Source: Psammoneis japonica
Taxonomy: Eukaryota
Length of the DNA stretch: 64,000 nt
Direction of reading: 5' to 3'
Assembly (NCBI GenBank): GCA_008632985.1
Contig: QPGO01000021.1
Coordinates: forward strand, 682,001-746,000
Shown here: positions 59,001 through 64,000 of the stretch, piece after piece
How the letters are laid out: the number at the start of each line of letters is the position of its first letter
How positions within the stretch are numbered: the stretch's first letter is position 1
Notes under the pieces: generated by a model
Database searches by the model: none
What the model was told of the DNA's origin: nothing
Seen by the model: only the letters and a program-made list of their open reading frames with translations
Program-made: the position numbers and the translations under genes

Positions 59001-62000
59001 GAGGCGAGGGACCAGCAACTTTTTTCTGGCACCAGCGCGCCTCCTGTTGCTCTAACCCCTCCTTCCCAACAATTGGACATTTCTTGAATCTCCGTTAGAA
59101 CATCCTCGTGCGTTGAGTCACAGGTGCCTGGAAAGCATGGGAGATCTGCATCATCGACGAAAGTGCAACACACATGGTGGTGCACGTTCTTGGAGATCGG
59201 TGTTGTCACCCGAATGCCGCAACCCTCGGCTTTGAGCACGTTAATTGTTGGTGTGCTTGCAACGAGCCAAATGGCAGGTGCAGCTCCATGGCCTTGAAAG
59301 ATTCCTTGCAATGGGATCTCCATGGCACCGCATGGTTCTGCTGAGTCTCCGCATGCTGTTCTCACGCAATGCTTCATCTGTGTGAGTGTTCCGATCATCA
59401 TGAAGACCTCATCTTCTCCAGCTCCAAACCTTCTCATGCAAAGGGCAGCTGCCGCATGTGGGATTCGATCACAGCACGATTTGGCATCCGCACTGCATGT
59501 TCATCCACTCCCAGGGGAATGACGCATGTTCCCTCCAGCACTCTTTTCGCGGCCGGGGAGTCCGAGTTGCAGCCAAAATCTTGAAGGAGAGGCGTCTTCA
59601 TGAATGGGACAGTGCACTGACTTGTCTGAGTTTGTCCATTGCAGTGTGCATGCAGACAAAAGGTCATTTTTGTCACGCCCTTTGTGACATTTAAAGGCTG
59701 TGACACGTCGCCGTGATGCATTGACTCTTGTCAGCAGCTGTGTGTTGCACTCCTCCCCATGTGTCACGCGTCCATGCGGCTCTTCACCAACGTGCACTGA
59801 CACTGCACGGTTTTGGCGGAACAGTGTGGGTACGTGCGAAGGAACACACAGAACTGCACAGAGTTTTACGCGTTCGACAGTGATCAACGTTGCTGCAGAC
59901 AACTCCCACTCAGGGTTTCGAACCCCTGGCCTCCTGCCTGATGGTTGCCGGTGCGATGAACCACTCCGCTGTGAATTCACAATGCAGCATGCATGCAGAC
60001 AAAAGGTTGTTTTTGTCACACCCTTTGTGACATTTAAAGGCTGCAACACGTCACCGTGATGCATTGGCTCTCATCAGCAGCTGTGTGTTGCACCATGTCT
60101 CGAACGTCCTTTGCCTTTGCGTGCTTCTTCCATTCCCTCTTTCGTTGAGAACACCTTGTCCACCCCGTTGGGTCCTGGTGCTGTGACCGTTTGGAGTGCC
60201 CGTCAGGGTTTGCCCGTCACTCTTTTGATGCGTCGGAACATTCTCTTTTGTCGGCAGCTGTGCCGAACAATTCGTTCCTCTTTTTCCTGGGTCGTGCCGT
60301 TCTCTTCTGCTCGTTTTGCGCACCGGATCTTAAACTCCTCTTGCCAAAGCTTTGCAGCTTGCTTCTTGAGTTTGCAGTGTCTTTTCATTGCCAGCTTGTG
60401 TTCTTCTGACACTTGGTGTGGTCAGAGCAGCAGGGCGTCCATTCTTCCAGTGCACTGCATTCGCCTGTTGATGATCTTCATGCTTGCTCTCCGAAAATGG
60501 TGCAGCTCATGCACTGGTCTCCATGAGTGAATCTCTTTCCTCGCTTTGTTGATGACGTTGCTAGATTCCACCTCGTTCATGTGCAGTTTCCGGCATTTTG
60601 CTTTTGCTTCTAGCCTGATCTGATGATTTGTTTGGAAGAGCCGCTCGCATTCTTGTTGTTCTGCAAGGCCAAAGTCGTCTGAGTTTTCCAGTCGAACAGC
60701 TCTTCGTGACAAATCATGCTTCAGAATTTGCGTTGCCACGAGCTGAACGTGCTTCTTCACCACCTTTGGATCGTTCAATTTTCCTGCCAGTTGGTCTGAG
60801 ATGGTCTCAGAAAGTTTTGGTGGGTTGAAACCCAGAGCGCTTGGTTTCGAAACATCAGTCCATGAGAGGCGATGATCGGAAGTACACAGTCGAAGTCACC
60901 AAAGCCAGTCATTCCTGCCTTGGTCACTTCCAAGGCGGGCGACACAAGAATTGCATCAACCGGAATGTCAGACCGGTTCTTGTTGCATGTTGCCACTGCT
61001 GGAAGATCCGGATGCGCAGATTTCAATGCGTTGATGAGGTGAAGCGACCCATGCCACGCAACAAAGGTTGACCCTCGGACTTTTTCATTGAAGTCACCTC
61101 CAACTGCTGTGAGGTCTCCCTCTGCCTGCCATTCCTCAATGTGGTTTGCCAAGTCTTCTGGCACCGCTCGTCGTGGACAGTGCAGATCATTCTTTGAAAG
61201 AAGACATGTTTCTTGTTGGGAGTGTGCTCTGCCTGGATTGGCGTGGTTGTCCCCAACCGGTCGGCAAATTGTGACGATTCTTGTGTGCATTCCTGATTTG
61301 CCTCGAAGTCTTGCCCATGTCCATCTGCCTGGTCCCGTCGGGTCGTTGCCACTGGAGGTCAGGTGGTGGTTGACATGCCTTGTTGGCAGATGTCCTGCAC
61401 CCCGTGCTGCCTCTTGTTTTCTGTTGAGCAGTGTTCGTTGGTTGTGACAAGAGAGCCATGTTTTGACAGACTTCTCCACCGGTCTCTCCATTGCTCATGT
61501 TTCGGAATTCGCTTGAAGTTCAAGTTGATCTCTGTCAAGCCCATGATGTCAGAATGATGTTCTGTGATCCAATTCATCATTCCTTTGTGTTTGTCCTCAG
61601 AAGAAAGTGATGCTGGTGGCCCACCAACATTGTGAAAAGCCACTCTGATGGCGTTGTGTCGTTTCATCAAAGTGTTGTCACCCCAAGCCTCATCCAGTTG
61701 ACGACTGGTAGATTCTCGATTGACGTCCTCCTTTTGCGGTTGTCGTCGTGACTGCTGAGGATGGCAGGGATTGGGGATCCTGGCCCGCTCCCTTGGCCTG
61801 AGAGCTGGGATGGTGGTCTTCCAGGTCTCCTGGTTTGGAGTCCTTCTGGGCCGGACCAGTGTCTGGATCGTTCGCCGCTCATGGCTTTTCTAATTCTTGA
61901 ATTGGCGCTTCACTCATTTCCTGCACCTCCTTTAGTTTTGCTTGGGTTGAAGGCGTTGTTTTGATGGATGCATCTTCCTCTTGTTCACATTCGTGGTGGT

Positions 62001-64000
62001 TCTCCAGATTTGCGAAGTCAAAGTTTGCCAAACGTTTCGTGACAGATGTGTGCTGTGTGTCGTCATCCTCATTCCTGAGATGACCCACAGATTCCACATC
62101 AGCTGCTTGAGCCAGTTTTGCAGCAACTTCCTGTGCTGCTGCAGGTGGACCTTGTGCTCCATTCTGTCCGCTTGCATCTTTCTGAGCGTTGGCATCAGAG
62201 GACTTCCATCTGTCTGTTCCTTCCGTTTGTGCTTGCTCATCAGTCCACTGCTCCTCCATGCCCCGTGGGTCTTCCTCGATCACATCTGACAACAATTCAC
62301 CATCTTTAGATGTTGTGAGTCCAGTTTCTGGATCACACTCCGCATTCTCGTACATGGCAATCCCTGCAGCTGTGAACCATGGTTCTGCGGATGCGCCGCA
62401 GACATGCAAACATTCCGGAACAATGTTGTTTGTCATTTGTGAGACTTGATCCACAGATTTTCTTGGGAATGTGATGACATGATCGTTCGGCCTGTTCCAC
62501 TTGACATCCAAGTGATGGATCAATGGAATGCACTTGTCCGGTTTGGCAGGGTCCGGCATTCGTTTCTGCATCAGATGGTGTCGCAGAGCTGTCTCTCCAC
62601 CAGCGACTCTTGTCTTTTGGTCCGGGTTGTCAAGAAAGCCGAAATCAAGTTGTCCAATGACTTTCTGACAAAAGAAGTGTTGTCGTTTTTGAAGCTTGTC
62701 GATGTTCTCCTTGGTTTTGTCTGAGGCATGTTGCATGGTGGAGTTCAAGCAGCATGGAACAAAGCGCAGTTCGAGTCCAAGAACTTTTTTCCAAGCTCCT
62801 GCCCTCCACAGTCGTTCCGCTGCAAGTTTGACTTTGTGCGCTTTGCTGGACTCAACAATGATGTGGAGAGCTTCCGGGTTCTTGTCCGGCGTGTTTCTGT
62901 TGAAGGTGGGTCGTTTTCCGTCCCTTCCTGCAATGGATCTCCATTGAATTCCAAGACTGTCGTAGTCTCTGCCCAAGCCAAGAGCTTTGCTGAATTGTTT
63001 GTGCAATGTCCGCTTGCTCATTGTTTTGGTGCTTTGATGTGACCATCCAACACATTCAAAGCGCGTCAATTGACACGGCATGGGGTTGCGTCCAATGGAG
63101 AATTTACCCATTTCCATGTCTGCAACCATCCCTGAGAGTTGCGAGCCGCAGTCTGCCACAGTTCTAAGATTGCAGTCTTCTGACACCTGGACGAGTCAAA
63201 GTTGGCAGCACATCGTGTGTTCGGCGTTGACTCTTGGGTTCAGGCAGTCTGCCCCCAGGAAGGCACTTGGAATTTCTCTTTCTTTTGCCAAACCTTCCGG
63301 AATGTCTTCTGGAGAAGTGACATCACCAAAGGCATCTTCTGGGTCAGGATCCCATGTGCCGATTCTAACATCTTGTCCAAGTGTCTCCTGCACTGTCGTG
63401 AAGGATTCTCGCAGGATGGAGGACACTGCTTTCAGAGGTTTTTTGGATGGTGGAATGGTCAGAAAGGCGTTGTGGCGTAACTGACACCAAGGAATTCCTT
63501 CAGTTTGATTGGTGGCTTCTGTTTCTTGTGGTGTGTCAGTCTGCTGTGACTCCCCAACATTGGCTTCTTCCCCGATTTCTTCATCTTGCAGTGTGTCGGT
63601 TTGCTGCGAAGCCTGTTCATTCATCTCTCCTTCATTTTCTTTGTCTGATTCTGCAGAGTGATTCTTGCTTGTGAGTTGTTGAAGGGCATCTTCATTGGAG
63701 GATTCTTCACACATGTGGTCTTCTTCCGTGATTGCAATTTCTGCCGGAGTGATTGTTTTTGATTTTTCCTCCTTTTTGTTTTTCCTGCTTCGCGCAAAGG
63801 GTTTTTCATCGTCAGGTGTGAGTTCCCCCTCCTTGTTGTTGTCTTCCTTGGTGCATGAATTTTGCGCAGAGTTTGTGCGAGAGTTTTTTTTTTTACGGTC
63901 ATCTGTTCATTGTTCTCGTTGTTTGTTTCCTCGTTGTGAGATCTTTCGATCATTTCATTCATTTGTCCTTTGCCCTTTTTCTTTTTGTCTCCTTTGCGTG
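56041..64000 (-). mobile_element. Decayed non-LTR retrotransposon (LINE): ORF1 plus APE-RT-RNase H-Zn knuckle ORF2
   Basis: APE: VAFHNVGG, GLTEINLN, GGDFNE; RT: DAKSCCDRI, GIFQGHG, FVDDADL; RNase H: VADGS, GELGG, VEGHED, NVEMDLLAK; CPRC..HVLKC; (TTCAA)n at 56041-56062 is a likely 3' tail. Confidence 0.85.
59640..60092 (-). mobile_element. 453-bp TRIM nested in the LINE ORF2
   Basis: 110-bp TG..CA LTRs (59640-59749, 59983-60092), 4-bp TSD CCAT on both sides, PPT GGGGAGGAG. Confidence 0.85.

Overview
Eukaryotic (diatom-like) genomic scaffold with a 596-N gap (37899-38494). The taxonomic evidence is an Lhcx-type fucoxanthin-chlorophyll protein, ASAF-type plastid presequences, frustulin-like cysteine domains and diatom-style Copia elements. 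Islands of intact genes alternate sharply with decayed transposon domains. The intact genes are a GT61-like glycosyltransferase, a GCNA-like SprT/HMG protein, a secreted alpha/beta hydrolase, a plastid P-loop kinase, Lhcx, two tandem PhoX-like multidomain genes and a sulfotransferase-like gene. The decayed domains hold a PIF1/Helitron-like helicase, Copia elements, MITEs, a SWIM/MULE-like remnant, a LINE and a host hydrolase pseudogene. Three things stand out. (1) The decayed domains have almost lost TpA through TA->TG/CA transitions, alongside CpG decay. This is seen directly in LTR-LTR and paralog comparisons and suggests a chromatin-directed A-to-G hypermutation process opposite in direction to fungal RIP. 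(2) A ~4.2-kb unit encodes a tyrosine recombinase and a convergent AT-hook RusA resolvase, bounded by shared AACTTTC..GAAAGTT palindromes, a candidate new Crypton-like element. (3) A tandem/inverted TRIM-like element carries a tRNA-like segment in its LTR and shares termini with the adjacent Copia element. All calls come from reading motifs by eye; no searches were run.
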